Below are positions 45,101 to 62,781 of a stretch of 64,000 bases of DNA, in pieces; the first letter of the stretch is position 1, and every line of letters begins with the position of its first letter. Source of the DNA: Nitrospirales bacterium. GTDB taxonomy: Bacteria > Nitrospirota > Nitrospiria > Nitrospirales > UBA8639. Position numbers and translations under genes: made by a program. Where the stretch lies: the NCBI GenBank assembly GCA_965203295.1, contig CBDBCZ010000016.1:1120001-1184000 (forward strand), written 5' to 3'. Under the pieces are notes generated by a model. That model was not told where the DNA came from and searched no databases. It saw only the letters and a program-made list of their open reading frames with translations.

Positions 45101-48100
45101 TAGAAAATTTGTACGTACTCTACTTACCTATGGCTGTCAAACTACTGGCCACACCAGTGAGTTGGAGAGGCCGGGTCACGTTACCACTCACAACCTCGAC
45201 ACAGGCAACGACGACATCATCTGGGTTTCCCTCTTGGACACTCTGACTGAATGGGGTTGCTCTAGCAACAGTGACCATTTCTACGGAGAATCAAAAGCAT
45301 CACCTCTTATAGTCTACACAGCGAAATACTTATTACTATGCCCAAACAGGAAGTATCAAGTAAAAAACTATACACTATTGCCTAGTTGTATTCCTCACTC
45401 AATGACCTACAGCTATAGATGCTGAGAATGGCTAAAGCATAAAAGCTTAGCTATTTGTATTCCCGTGATATTGTATTATAATAATATCTCTAAGACTTCC
45501 AAAAAATTTACTTTCTAGTAGCTACACGTACCGGGGCAGTTCAGCTCATCAGTACCACCAACGCAATCATTGTTACCATCACAAAGTTGCTCTCCAGGGA
45601 GACAGCGGTTGCTGGCAGCACCTATCACCCCAAAGCGGCAAAGAAACTGATCGGGTGCGCAGTCAACAGGAGCTAAACCGAGAAAGTATACAACAATAAT
45701 GTAGTACCAACTATACGGACATGTTTATAACTTTATAACTACACTGTAAATTTTGGGGTGCAGTTTGTACATTGCTGCACATGCATTACTCCCCCCCCCC
45801 TTCCCTACCATCATCCCCCTCACTCCTTCCTCACTTGCAAGGTCACTTGTACCTCACTTGTGAGGCCGATGACTCCAGCTGGTCAGGCGTGCACAGTTAT
45901 GATGGTTTGTTCTAATTACCCACCCAGAACCTCTCTGAATGCCTTTACCACGGGTGCAAAATTATAAGTATTGCTGACTTCCCATTTCTCCCTCAATCAA
46001 AACATGACATACACTTTACCGATTCCAGCATCGGAGCAGCAGTGCGGGAGTGGTTCCAGAGCGCGCCCTACAGTGCTGCAGTTGGCAAAATCCAATCCAC
46101 CCAGCGCAGGGCTACGCCCTAGAGCAGCCCAGAGCTCTGGGCACTCTGTCTGGACAGTGCTACACTCCTCCGAACACACAGACACGGGAGGACTGAATCC
46201 GTCATCACTTCCGCAAACAAAGAAGTAAGAGTTACAGAGGAAACGGCTGAAGAGGTCTTGGCAAGTTTCGGGAGCTGCTGATATCAGTCCACCGAGGGCC
46301 GTTTCAAGCTCCCTGAGCAGTGTGCTCTGGTCGTCCTGTCCTCTTGTGTGTGGAATGTAGACAAGGTCCACTCCCTCAGTGAAGACTCGATTGCAGATTG
46401 AGGAATTTCCAGAGTAGGGCTCACACACACCAAAGCTGTGAGTATTTTGGGGACAGATCCATCATTGATACATATTAGTGTAAAAACCATGTATGCAGGG
46501 ATGCACTTCTGTTAATATCAAATTAAACAAGCAATAACTCGCACCGCAATGCATTCACAGACTACCTACACATCACAGCGCTCTGCGTTACAGATTAGCT
46601 ACAAGACACAGCACGAAATATTGATATTCAATTTCTACACATGACTGCACATTACCGAATGAGCTCTTCCTCAGCAACAATGGGAGGGCTGTCAGTGCAA
46701 CGTGCAACTGGACCTGTAAGTAAGAAATAAATTCCTTTCAAACGGCATAAATTATTAGACATTTTGCATAATAGTGTAGCTACATGTACAACTTATTCCT
46801 TTTGCTGCCATAGACATTAACGAATTTCTCCTTTCCCTTTAGTTGACATCTTCAAACGCTTTGGTAAAACCTGAAAATCAGGGTCATGCTCAAGCGGCGG
46901 ATGGTTCTCCTTACGCTTACCAGCAGCCATCGTAGTATTTTTTTTCTCGCTGCCATAGACATTAACCTATGTATGTTTCTGTGAGTTTTGTGAGCAGTTG
47001 TTACTTTTTCTCAACCAGTGCCAATGACTGTCCACGAGAACTTCTCTCTTATATATATATATATATCTTTGCTACCACTGCTCTACATGCTTCTGTACAT
47101 GTGCTTAATTTTGTACCTTCTCTGCAAGAAACGCTGGCTTCTTGGTTGCGGAAGCAGTTATGGACCAAATTTCCAGGGTGGTCGCACTCTGTCAGGCGAG
47201 GCTCTTGTCCTATGCACTCCACATCATCTAGCACAATGGGCCCAGTCCCACTGCCAAATGTCAGCTCAAAGATAGGAACAGCATCTGGAGGGAGGGAGGG
47301 AGGGAGAGAGGGAGGGAGGGAGAGAGGGAGGGAGGGAGGGGGGGAGGGGCATTCATGTAAACCAAAACAGCTGATCTTGGTGAAACACGCTATGTTTCAG
47401 ACCAAGCTGGACCTTCATCTGGTGTGTTTCAAGCATGTATGGCTCCATATCTCCATGCATGTTTGAAATACACATGATGAAGGTCCAGCTCAGGCTTAAA
47501 CGTGTTCCACCAAAATAAACTTTTTGGTGAACAAGATTGTCAATTTTCTGTACAATTGGAAGTCTTGTATGGTGAGCCTGTTCACATTAGTATTGTTTTA
47601 GTTAACTGAAACTGCAATAACAGATTTACTAAAACTACATGTAGAACTTCAAGGATAAGATATAACTATTTTTTTCTCACCAAAATCAAGTTATGGCAAT
47701 TTCAATTGCTTGAAGCTACACTAGTCCACATACGAGCTGATTCCTGTCCCAGTTCTCGGCAGACCACTGCAGCATCTCGCTCGTCCCAGCTGTCACTGCA
47801 CACCGTGCCCCAGACCCCCCGGTGACACACCTCCACTCTCCCGTTGGAGGGAGAAGTGCCGTTGGCCAGTCGGATTTCTGACTCGGTGCATTCTGGAGGG
47901 GCTGCCCCTGTTATTAGATTATAGTCAAAACTTAACAACAGGTATGTCAGTACTCTCACAAAAAAATGTTGCAGACATCATTGGTTCAGTTCCTGCATAC
48001 TGTGTGCATGGGTGTACCAATATCGGTTCGGTTGACCGTACCATACCCAGTTATTATACATGTATATGCAGGGTTTCATACAGGATGTTTTCCTGGGAGA

Positions 48101-51100
48101 AGGGAACTTTTTTGGAATACTGAATGTCCTTCGAGTGGAATCTGGGGGCATGCCCCCCCCAGAAAGTTTTTGTGCAAAACAACTACCCTGAGATTGAATT
48201 TGGTGGGTTTTAGCAGCTTAGCAGACTACATGTAGGTACCCCAGTTTCATGTTCAAACCACCTGCCATTATACCATGTTTAATGCAATTACGGTTGACAT
48301 CTTAATTTTTGAACATGTATAAAACCCTGATATGGCAGTTGCAATTATGGTCACAATGCTAACTGCAAGTGTACAAGGAAGTTGCCAAGTCAATATTTTG
48401 CTGTACTGTAATTTGTTACTTACTTATTTATCTACGTATGCAGAACCACTTAGCTAAGTATACTGCTCAACAGCGCACACTAAATGGTTACTGAGGTGAG
48501 CTGTTAGGGTGTTTCACTTGGAAACCACCCATGCAGCCTTAAAAATTTCAAGAAACTTTTTAGATCCATCAGAATTTGAAGTCATCAAACACTGCAAGTC
48601 TTTGGAACATGTAATTGCTTTGAAAGGCTTCAAATCCAATAGCCCACTGAACATCAAATATCCATGCTTCCAAATAAGGAAGGGCCTCAGCTGAGCTCTT
48701 TGTGGTCTATTTACCTGCACACCACACACCACTGGCATTTCCAAACTGGCATGGAATGAAGTTGCCAGCTCCCATGGATTGGCACTCTAGAATGGAGGAC
48801 TCTATGCCAAGGCACTCCACTCCAGCAAGCCAGATGCGCTCAATCTGACCAAACGTCCCTCCAGGAAGAGCAAAGGCATCTGAAGGATAAAAACCGGAGA
48901 AACAAAATAATTGGGGTGTTATTAGCATGCTTGGCCATTCTGATGCCGGCACATGCCCTCTCTCACTTTCTTCCGGGAATCCCAGCTCCCTGCACACCAC
49001 TTGTGCGTCCACCTCCTCAAAGTGTCTCTCACACACGGAGCCCCACTGGCCGTGGATGCACACCTCCAGTCTCCCGTTCCAGGCCCGGGTTCCCTCCTCC
49101 AGCCTCACATCGCTGTCATTGCAGACTGGAGCTGTAAGATGTCAGAAGGAAAGGAGTGTGGTTACTGGGCACAACTTGTGAACTGGTACTATTTATAAAT
49201 TGTGCTGAATATTGTATAAACCTATAAACTGCGCGACCTTAACCCTATTCCTAATTTAAACCCTAGCTAACCCTAACATTAGCCCTAAGCCTATAACCCT
49301 AGCCCTAAATCACAATGAATTCATAAAATAAATGCTTAGCACAGTTTTAAACTGCGCAAAATACACCCACATGGTTATTAGTAAACATTATAATGTTGCG
49401 TTGCAAGTTGTTAAGAGGTGCAACTACCATCTCTGTATATCTCTCCAATATATGGTTGCATATTCAGGGTGTTACATACATATCTACGGTCTATAAGAGA
49501 TCATGCATGCTTAAGCTATTTTTTTTCACTCCAGCATACAAGGTATTTGACGGTACTCTTCAATACCCTTCATGTGTCTGTGAAATACCCAAGGCTCCAG
49601 CTCAGCTCGGCAACAGGTCAGGCTAAGCTACATGTGTAAATTCTACTGTAGAATTATTCATCATATCATTGCAATTTTGACTGTGTCGCTGCAATGAAGC
49701 ATACTCCAAACTTTCACCATGGGTGGGACTCAAACATGCTGTGTCAATATAGCAGCTATAATGGCAGTTCGTGTTTTTGATTCGAATGCACTCAAAAGAT
49801 ATGATTGACCAGTGTCCTCACCAGAATTATGCAATAGCTATAGGGGGAAGGAAACCCACCTACTAGTGAACTAATTAAATCTATTGCATCATTATTAAGT
49901 CCTACCATGATACTGAATCTGTGTAATGCTGCTATAACTATCATCACTGTATCTCATCTCATAACCTTACTAATAATATAGGGGGTACTGTATATACCAC
50001 AATAGGGGGGTATAGTACCCCTACAAAGCAACACAGAGAGAACCCAGTAATGAAATAATGTACCCTGGACTGGGAAAGTTAGTTACTACCCTAACCTCCA
50101 TCCGTGCAGTTGGCTAGCGACCAAACGTCGCGGCAACAGTCCCCAAAGTCAACACAGTCCGAGGTACAGAAGCACAGCTCCTCATTGTTGATGCCTAATA
50201 GGGGGTCATTCGGCGATAGCCCACACTCTGTCAGCCCGTCCAGGGTGCACGGTGCTGCAAGCAGTAGATGGCCATGTCATGTTGGTGTGATAGTAATGCA
50301 CAACAAGAGCACCAGTCCAACAATTTTTGTAGCACAACCAATAAAAAAACACATCTACTCTACTAGCTTTGTTCCCAGATTCCACCATGCAGCTTTATTC
50401 TCACAGTCCCTGCTGATGCTTTTTGTACTGCTAGCGATAAAAGCTGGGATAGAGGCTTGGGGGGGGGGGGGGTGAGAGAATAGTAAACAATATTCCATTA
50501 AGTGCAAACTACAATAGATTACGGCTGCGTGGTACATATATATACCAACGAGTATATTGTACATATCTATGTCGTTATACGCTGCTAGAAATTTGTTGTT
50601 CCAAGTTTTAGACACGACTCAGTTGGAAGTGCAGACTGTAACTCCAAGCCAGTGTGGGTACAGACAGTAACAGATGCTAAAAAAATGAGTTAAGCTAGAG
50701 TGGTCTCCAAAATCCACTCACGTTCGCACACGGTTCCAGCGTGCTGCAAGCACTGGCTGAAGCCTTCCTCGGTGATATCACTGGGGCACTGGAGCAGGGT
50801 CTGTTCTGTGCCGCTACACGACACATTCTCCAGAGCGATGGGGCCCAGCCCGGGACCAAATGGGACGGACATTGCGCCTGAGGTATAAAGAAACAAGCAA
50901 GTACATCATCAAAATGTGCATTGCATGCGTGAACCTAGTGATATGCGCCAGTTGTTCGCTTGTCAAGCAGGAATACTTGTATATTGTTTTGTGTTTCTCA
51001 AACACCTTATGAAATGTACACTAAGCTGGGTTTTAAATACCTATAGTTAAAAAAATGTGTTATTTTCCGAGCTTTGAAAGGTATATGTATAGGTGTGTTC

Positions 51101-54100
51101 GTAGTATAGGAAGTTGCAATCTGTATCAACAGGGCAGCCATCACACAGGTATAGGCCTAGGTTTATTTCAAAGCAGTTTGCAAACTGGCTACGATTTCAC
51201 AATTTTTCGACCCTAGCAACTAAAACCCGGCCTACAGTAGCCATGTATCTGAAGTCGTGGGCTGTACCATGCTAGTACATACCTGGCTACTGGTTGCTAG
51301 ATGAAATTCTAGCACATAATTACATGTATGTTTGCTTAATTCATATATAGGAAAGTACAATACCAGTATAGTACCAAGTTTTCAAACTTCAGAGTTTTTG
51401 CAGCTGTATCTTAGGCCATGAAATTTAGCTCTCAAAATGTTTCGCACTATGCGGCAATGCTATCAAGGATCCTTGGTCTATGAAATTTATTTTCATGAAA
51501 TGCTCAAACGAAGAAAAATTTGCTCCTTGAAAATTTGGCGCCGTACAGTAGGGTCTGGGTTAGTTTAACCTAGCTATGGTTATCCCAGTTGCAGCTTCTC
51601 TACTAGAGCTCCACTATTGTGTATTTTGAGTGGGACATGCAATGATGACTGTAACTTTAATTTCTGGGGAAAGGATACAGACAAAGCCAAATGGAGACTG
51701 CAAGTTGTAGAATTATCTATGCAGAGCCAGATAGTCTCATAGGAGGTTACTAGCTGCATGTACACAACCCATTCAGTCTAACTTCCGTTATTGCCGAGCG
51801 CCTTAGCGCGAGGCAATTAATCTTGCGGTGCGGCAGTCGAATCTGAGCTAGTGTATATATGTATATATGTATATATGTATATATGTATATATATAAATGT
51901 CTGTAATTACCGCTTTCGGCCCCGGGGACCACCCCGGGGGCAAGCACGTGTTCAAGATGGCGTCTTCGCCAAGTGACACGGATTCAGATTTTTTACTGCT
52001 GGTGCATGAACGATCAGAGAGTTATTCAAGTCGATCACTGTGTGTTACCAAGGTTATCTTACTGCAGCTCCAATACCACAAGGGTTTGAGTAGCGTCTGT
52101 TTCAGCAGAGACGTGACCGCCCGATGGTATCATTGCAAATCGAGCGCTATGAACAGGAGCAAAGCCCAGTGACTGTGTCGACCATAGCTGTGCCTTGGAC
52201 GTGCATTTCAGACAGAGATATCCGTCTACTGAAAGTGTAGTCGCGTTGTCGTACGTAGTATCTTCAATAACTCGTGCAGCTTCCAAAGTGGGTGTGGTTT
52301 GTACTCTAGTGAGTGTGGTCACCTCTCCACGTGTCTCTGCGCGAGGCCTCAATGCGCATGCATGCGTATGTCTAGTAGGAATTTACTAGCTATACACGGC
52401 TGGGGCTGCCCATTCAGTCGAACTTCCTTTATAGAATTTACTAGCTATACACAGCCGGGCTGCCCATTCAGTCTAACTTCCTTTATATATAGGAATTACT
52501 AGCTATACACAGCCGGGCTGCCCATTCAGTCTAACTTCTGTTATAGAAATTACTAGCTATACACAGCCGGGCTGCCCATTCAGTCTAACTTTTGTTATAG
52601 AAATTTACTAGCTATACACAGCAGGGGCTGCCCATTCAGTCTAACTTCCTTTATAGGAATTAACTAGCTGTACACAGCCCATTCAGGCTAACTTCCCTTA
52701 TAGGAAGATAGACACTGGGCTGTGTATACATAGATATTACTTTCCAATGAGGTAAGATAGACAGTATTTATACTGGGCTGTGTATATACATGTAGCTATA
52801 CTATCTTCCTATGAGAGAAGTTAGACAGTATGCGCTGTGTACAAGTACCAACCTCTTATTAGGTTGACTATCTGGCTGTGCACAGATGATTCTACAACCA
52901 TCAGTCTCTGTTTGCCTGTGTCTCAGAAGTTGACATTGCAGTCACATTTAACACATGGGATAATTATGGCTATAGGTTAAATTAACCCGTCTATTTTTGC
53001 AGTGTGCCCTCAGGGCAACTCCTCACTCTGTGGTGATAGTCCTAGCTGTCTGCAGACCACAGCAGCGTCGTTGCTGTCCCAGCCCTCGCTGCAGACCGAG
53101 CTCCAGCTGTTGTTGAAGCACACCTCCACTCTCCCTTCCTTGGCATCTGACCCTCCAACAAGACGAACAGCTCCGTCTGAACAAGTGTCTCCTGTGTGTG
53201 CATGTGTGCGTGTATGTGGGCATGTGTGTTTTGTGTATGTGTGTGTGCATGCATGCGTACAGTTGTGTATACATGCATGCGTACAGCCATGCATGCATAT
53301 ATGGTGTTGTGCATATAAATCACATGGTTCAAGTCCATAAAGAGAATGTCTATACTTATATAACTCCCTAAAAGTCAATGTCATGTGTTTACTACATGTA
53401 ACAGAATGTTATGTGTGACAGCTGAATGTAGAAATCGAATTATTGGATATTCACACCAAAGGAATAATGGTACCCTACGAATCCGCTAAATATATAGGGT
53501 GTCACCCTAGCTGGCATGCACTAGCTTGCTAAAGCTACCAACAGCAACATTCAGCACCATTTCACTAACCTTCACAGACCACCCCAGCATCCTCAGAGTG
53601 GGAGCAGTCAGTACCTGCTCTTGTGTCATTGAAGCAGTCGATCAGCCGCTCCTCCGAGCCAGTGCAGCCCACCTCATCCAGGTGGATGGGCTGCAGTCGA
53701 GGCCCCCGCCCAAACCGAGCGAACTTGGAGGCAGTGGAGACTGAAGATCAGAGAAATAGCAGTGAGAGATGCTAGGCAAGGCAGTAGCCATATTGGGAAA
53801 CTTATGCAAAATGCAACTGAGAAGCCCCCTCTTCATTAGTAAAATTATGTAGGTATTGCCAGACTAATACATAAAGATGTAGTATATGTAATTACAGTCT
53901 AGCATACTAGTATGTACTTTATTGTGAGTGAGAGTTGTCTTTGAAGAGGACATACAAGGTTTCATATTGCAGTTATCAAATAATATATAGTTTGTCCTTC
54001 TGTCCGTGTGTCACGGATGTGACATTTGCTAATGAAGTGCGATTGCGCAAGAAGTCATTATACAAATACTTAGCTAGTACTATACTTCAACCTACTGCAA

Positions 54101-54545
54101 CGATCTGACTGCCGATGGTATAATATTGTAATGGCCTCAAATGCAATTTGTTGTCGGGCATCGGCTAGCCTCGAACCCAGCCGTCCCGGCTTTTTCGCTT
54201 GCTGGAAGAAAAGCATTTTTTGTTTGCAGGAATAAACAGCATTTTCTTCCTGCAAGCGAAAAAAGCCGAAATGGCTGGGTTTGAGCTAGAGATCAGCCAA
54301 ACTCTGTGATAAACACCACTAGTGAAGTCACATATTGCCAATTAATGGCTTGCACTTACACACTGAAGGGTATCCCAGCTGCTTGCAGACAACAGCCGCG
54401 TCCCTGCCGTCCCAGTCATCATCGCACACCGTCCCCCACTGCCCTCCCAGGCAGACCTCAACCCTGCCCTCCAGCTCGTTCACACTGTCAACGAGGCCGT
54501 CTCCACTCACCAGTCTCACAGCACCTTCATTGACACATTCGACTC
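42125..54545 (-). CDS. Mosaic protein, probably secreted: SRCR-SRCR-SMB-SRCR-SRCR-Frizzled CRD-LDLa-Calx-beta x2-Wreath-like C-terminus (at least 1130 aa, 5' exon not found)
   Basis: Exons 54545-54360, 53740-53570, 53191-53027, 50877-50722, 50254-50096, 49131-48967, 48879-48715, 47907-47734, 47284-47117, 46713-46656, 46435-46020, 45672-45532, 45280-45128, 44740-44510, 44052-43903, 43801-43577, 43218-43078, 42652-42398, 42243-42125. All GT-AG, frame-consistent to [77 protein letters not shown]; LDLa [14 protein letters not shown]; Calx-beta [13 protein letters not shown] and [13 protein letters not shown]. No TM segment. Confidence 0.85.
44792..44990. mobile_element. pogo/Tigger-like MITE
   Basis: tacagtggaacccctgcaatgtggacacctaggggacctgg ... 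ccaggtccccaaggtgtccacattagagaggttccactgca (about 40-bp TIRs starting TA-CAGTGGAACC). Confidence 0.7.
47377..47513. repeat. Long inverted repeat with degenerate hammerhead-like (Penelope pLTR-type) motifs
   Basis: agctggaccttcatc pairs with gatgaaggtccagct; gtgtgtttcaagcatgtatgg pairs with ccatgcatgtttgaaatacac. Confidence 0.65.
49190..49352. repeat. Degenerate (TAACCC)n telomere-like core between inverted arms (MITE-like)
   Basis: accttaaccctattcctaatttaaaccctagctaaccctaacattagccctaagcctataaccctagccctaa, flanked by tttataaattgtgctg and tagcacagttttaaa. Confidence 0.55.
51790..52376 (+). mobile_element. Helitron/Helentron-like non-autonomous element (HINE-type)
   Basis: 5' short inverted repeat ttgcc..gcgc..gcgcgaggcaa, internal (TATATG)n microsatellite, and 3' palindrome atgcgcatgcatgcgtat followed by CTAGT. 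It interrupts a tandem-repeat array. Confidence 0.45.
52377..52702 (+). repeat. Minisatellite, about 53-bp unit, about 6 copies
   Basis: Unit approximately ataggaattactagctatacacagccgggctgcccattcagtctaacttcctt. One more unit at about 51740-51790; inverted partial units at 52700-52845. Confidence 0.9.
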
Positions 54546-57545
54546 CTGCATAAGAGAGACGTATACCACGCACGAGATCATCATGGGATTACCATGCACA
54601 ACAAGCAGCAGCTAAAGGCACTATCCTGACAACCCAGTTTTGGGCTGAAGGCAGTTTAAAACCACCTCTCGAAAGAATGAATATTTCTAAGCCATGTAAA
54701 GAGTTGTTGGTGTCATCATAACCATAAACACTGTGCCTTAACTGTTATTTTCTGTGCACTAAAGCACTTAAGCGTGGCAAAAAGTGGTTGGTTCTACAGT
54801 ACCAGTGAGCTTTGAAATGTAAAGACTTTAGTATTATGAAGGGCTGAGAACCAGAGTGGTCCAACCTGATAGAGATTACATGAATTTGCACAAACTAAAT
54901 TACACAATGAGCACATTACCAAAATCTTAAATTTTGAGTTGCTCCTGAAACACAAAACATAAGCTCGAGTATGTTCGTGTTTGTTTAGGTTAGATTGGGA
55001 GGGGTAGCTAAGTTCATGTTTGTGGGTTAAACTACCAAGTAAGATCTCAAGTTTGAGAGTAGATTCATTATTAGACCACTGTGGTTCTCAGCCATGCAAT
55101 TGTCACTATGGCACAGTTACTATGCTGGACAGATCTGCACTTTAAAAAGAGCTTGCAGCAACAACTTCTGTTTAACTGCCATTGAACCACTGTGGTTTTT
55201 TGCCACACAGAAGTGTGTATGACACCATAACTGTGATATAAAATGCAACTGCTCTATCTCGACAACCCAGCTATGCAGCTGGCTTCAGAAAGCAGTTGAA
55301 AAACACCACTCAAAAGTATATTAACTACATATTTACCATTTCCGAGCCATCTAGTCCAGCATGCAAATACCTCACAATTACAGTACTGTACAATAATTAC
55401 ATTTCAACTCCCCCCCCCCCCCCCGTTGTTGAATTCCTGGACTAATTATAAAGCTGTGGCAGTGTGGCTTCAACTGTCATAGCTGAGATTGTGTATGTAT
55501 TGTTTTAATTTGCTAGAAATTCTACAATCCTCAATGCTAGCAAAAATTGGGGCAAGTGTGAGCAACCCCACACTAGTGGTGTCTATGCAATTTTCTCTGG
55601 CTGTCGGTCACGTACGTCACGCTGAATCTACGCTCATTATTCTCATTATTATATTCTTTCACAACCTTGAATATTGAATTACATTGATGCTACATGTATA
55701 GCTACAGCTAGCCCTAGCAAGGATAATTCAGAAGTAGTCCAAAACAGAGTGAGAGAAGAGAGGCTTTGAAAATGACAACGTTGGTTGACGACAATGTGAA
55801 GGGCCCCGCACATTGCTTCTGAGACAACAAGGGAAGCAAGGCTTGTAGAAAGATCAATATAGCTTTTTGCCTACATTGCCAGCATGAGGTACTGCCTACA
55901 GAGGCTTCGTAGTTAGAGATGGCTCTCGCCGTGTTTCAAAGACAGCAGCACAAAGGAAGTGAGGTTTGTAGGAACACCAGAATTTCTGCCTCCACTGCCA
56001 GTACAGACACTGCCTGACAGAGAGAAAGTAGGCACCAAGTTACATCACAAATATGGGGAGAGACAATATCCTGAGACTTCAAAGCAAAGAGACACTCTGT
56101 AGACAGCTAAAGACAGGCTACATAGGTTGCAAGACCCTGCATTCACCTATTATTGTAGGAGTGGGCCTCACTGCTAATAATATTAGCAATACTATGGCAA
56201 GCCCACGTGATGAGCATATTATCAGCACTGCAAAAAAAAAAAATTAAAGGTTGTTTTAAACGCAGCTGCACTAGGAAGCCAATACTAGGAAGCCAATACG
56301 TATCAATGGGAATTCTAAATAAACCAGTGTACTTACTAATTACTTGTTTACAGTATTTGGCAAGAGCAGCTGATCATGAATCCTTGGAATGACTATTCAT
56401 AGTAGCGCTGAACTTTGTCCCAAACCTTAAGAATTTATTATAATTGTTAATGGTATTTGGTACCAGGAATTAGTAAGGATTTGTTCTGCAGCACTCCAAA
56501 GTTTATACCAAGGATATAGCTGCTCTCACCAAACACCATAAACAATTTAGCAAGCACAAATTCCCATTGATGTTAGCTGTAACTGAGATAACCTTAGCTG
56601 GTTTAAAACAACTGTTCCATTTTGCAGTGAGGGACGCATAGTATTATTGCTGGTGCAGTAGCAAGACTAAAGCTATAGTGAAGGGTACATATTGTTACAG
56701 TTTCATGCAGAACCTTCGGATGACTTTGTAAGTGTCAGTACCTAGCCTGATTCTCTGACCTTGTTCTGCAGCCAATGCTGCATCTTGACCACAGTTACTG
56801 ATTTTCAGCCAATATTGCTTATCTTTTATCCGCTCCAGACCACCAAGCTGACTTTGCAGCTTCCGTAAACATCAGCTCACAAAGCAGTAGATCACTGGCA
56901 AACTCCCTACGCAGAGTGCCTGTGATCTGCACACATCATGCTTATAGTTAAAAACAGTTGGAGGGGGGGATAAACTTATGGCCATGGAAAACAATTTGTT
57001 GAAGGAAGCTATATGATGTAACGTTGTGCATGTTCTGCAGAACCAAATTGGTTGAGTAGAATGGTAGAGTCCAAAAATAATCTTTGGAGCAATTTCACTG
57101 CAATCGCAATTATTGTCACAGTATACGGCATGATTTATACTATTACTATAGCTGCTAATCATTTATCATTAGTATGCACTGACATGGATGTCATCAAATA
57201 AATACATGCTAAATTAACGACTCGTGACCCACTGGGCAGCTACGGCTAGCTGGCAGAATTATTGCTTCACATGCACATTGTACAGGAAGACGACTGACAA
57301 TTTCACCCCACCAGCAGAACAACTTCGTTTTTACGCAAATTATAGTACAAGTCTGCTTGTAGTTGTAAGTCACTTGAAAGGCACCGCCATAGTGTACAAA
57401 CCCCATGTACTTAGGCGGTGCCTTTCAAGCCAGGGTACATCTATGTACCCTAGGGTACATGAGGATTGCTGGGCAACTGTGGCTTCTTCTCAAAACTGTG
57501 AAACAATTAGCGGGCACTATAAAAGCTACTATGGTACAAGTCATC

Positions 57546-57679
57546 TGTACCATGGGTTTCAAAGGTGTATGGAATTTGTACCCTCATGCAGTTGTATGTC
57601 TTCCCTCGGGCTTCGCCCTCGGGAAGACATACAACTGCCCTCGGGTACAAATCTCATACACCTTGAAACCCATGGTACA
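57546..57679. repeat. 134-bp hairpin centred on GGGCTTCGCCC
   Basis: tgtaccatgggtttcaa..ggtgtatg..tttgtaccc..gcagttgtatgtcttccc-tcgggcttcgccctc-gggaagacatacaactgc..gggtacaaa..catacacc-ttgaaacccatggtaca. Confidence 0.9.
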
Positions 57680-58157
57680 AATATAACATGTATGCTCACC
57701 CTGTTGCAAAGTAATATCGAACGCCTGCAATATCCAAACGAGAAGTAACGCAATAGAAGCTTTCTTGAGTCTGTTCATCTTCTTGCAATCGATCGCCTGG
57801 CACAGTAAGGTTCAAAGTATAAAGGACATGCGCATGCGTGGTAAGCACAGCGGGCACGTGATATTGGCGTATTGGCGGCAAAAATTTATCTCGCTGGTGC
57901 ATTTACATGTACACAGCAGAGAGCTCCTCTCTATGCCTGAGTTGGATCCAGACTTTGCCACTATCACAGGGAAGAGCTCCATACTGCAATCAGATGAGCA
58001 GCTTGAAAATATCCAGGCTTCAGTGCTTGCGACTAGTACTGGTACTCCTCTTGTGTGTTTCATCTTATCAGCCAACCAGAAAGCAACTGAAAGCAACTAA
58101 TGCACATAAAATTAATGTGCACAAGTGGTCACAATAACAACAGTGAAACAATATACG

Positions 58158-62781
<4,624 letters not shown>

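Noticed and set aside
49237..49310. True telomere or chromosome-fusion scar
   Set aside because: Short, degenerate and enclosed by inverted arms; more consistent with a MITE core.
52377..52702. CRISPR-like regular repeats
   Set aside because: Head-to-tail units without unique spacers, no cas genes, eukaryotic intron.
54546..58100. Candidate first (signal-peptide) exon of the SRCR gene
   Set aside because: The ATG/donor combinations I checked (about 55370, 55885, 56610, 56740, 56880) hit stops or the wrong phase; left uncalled.
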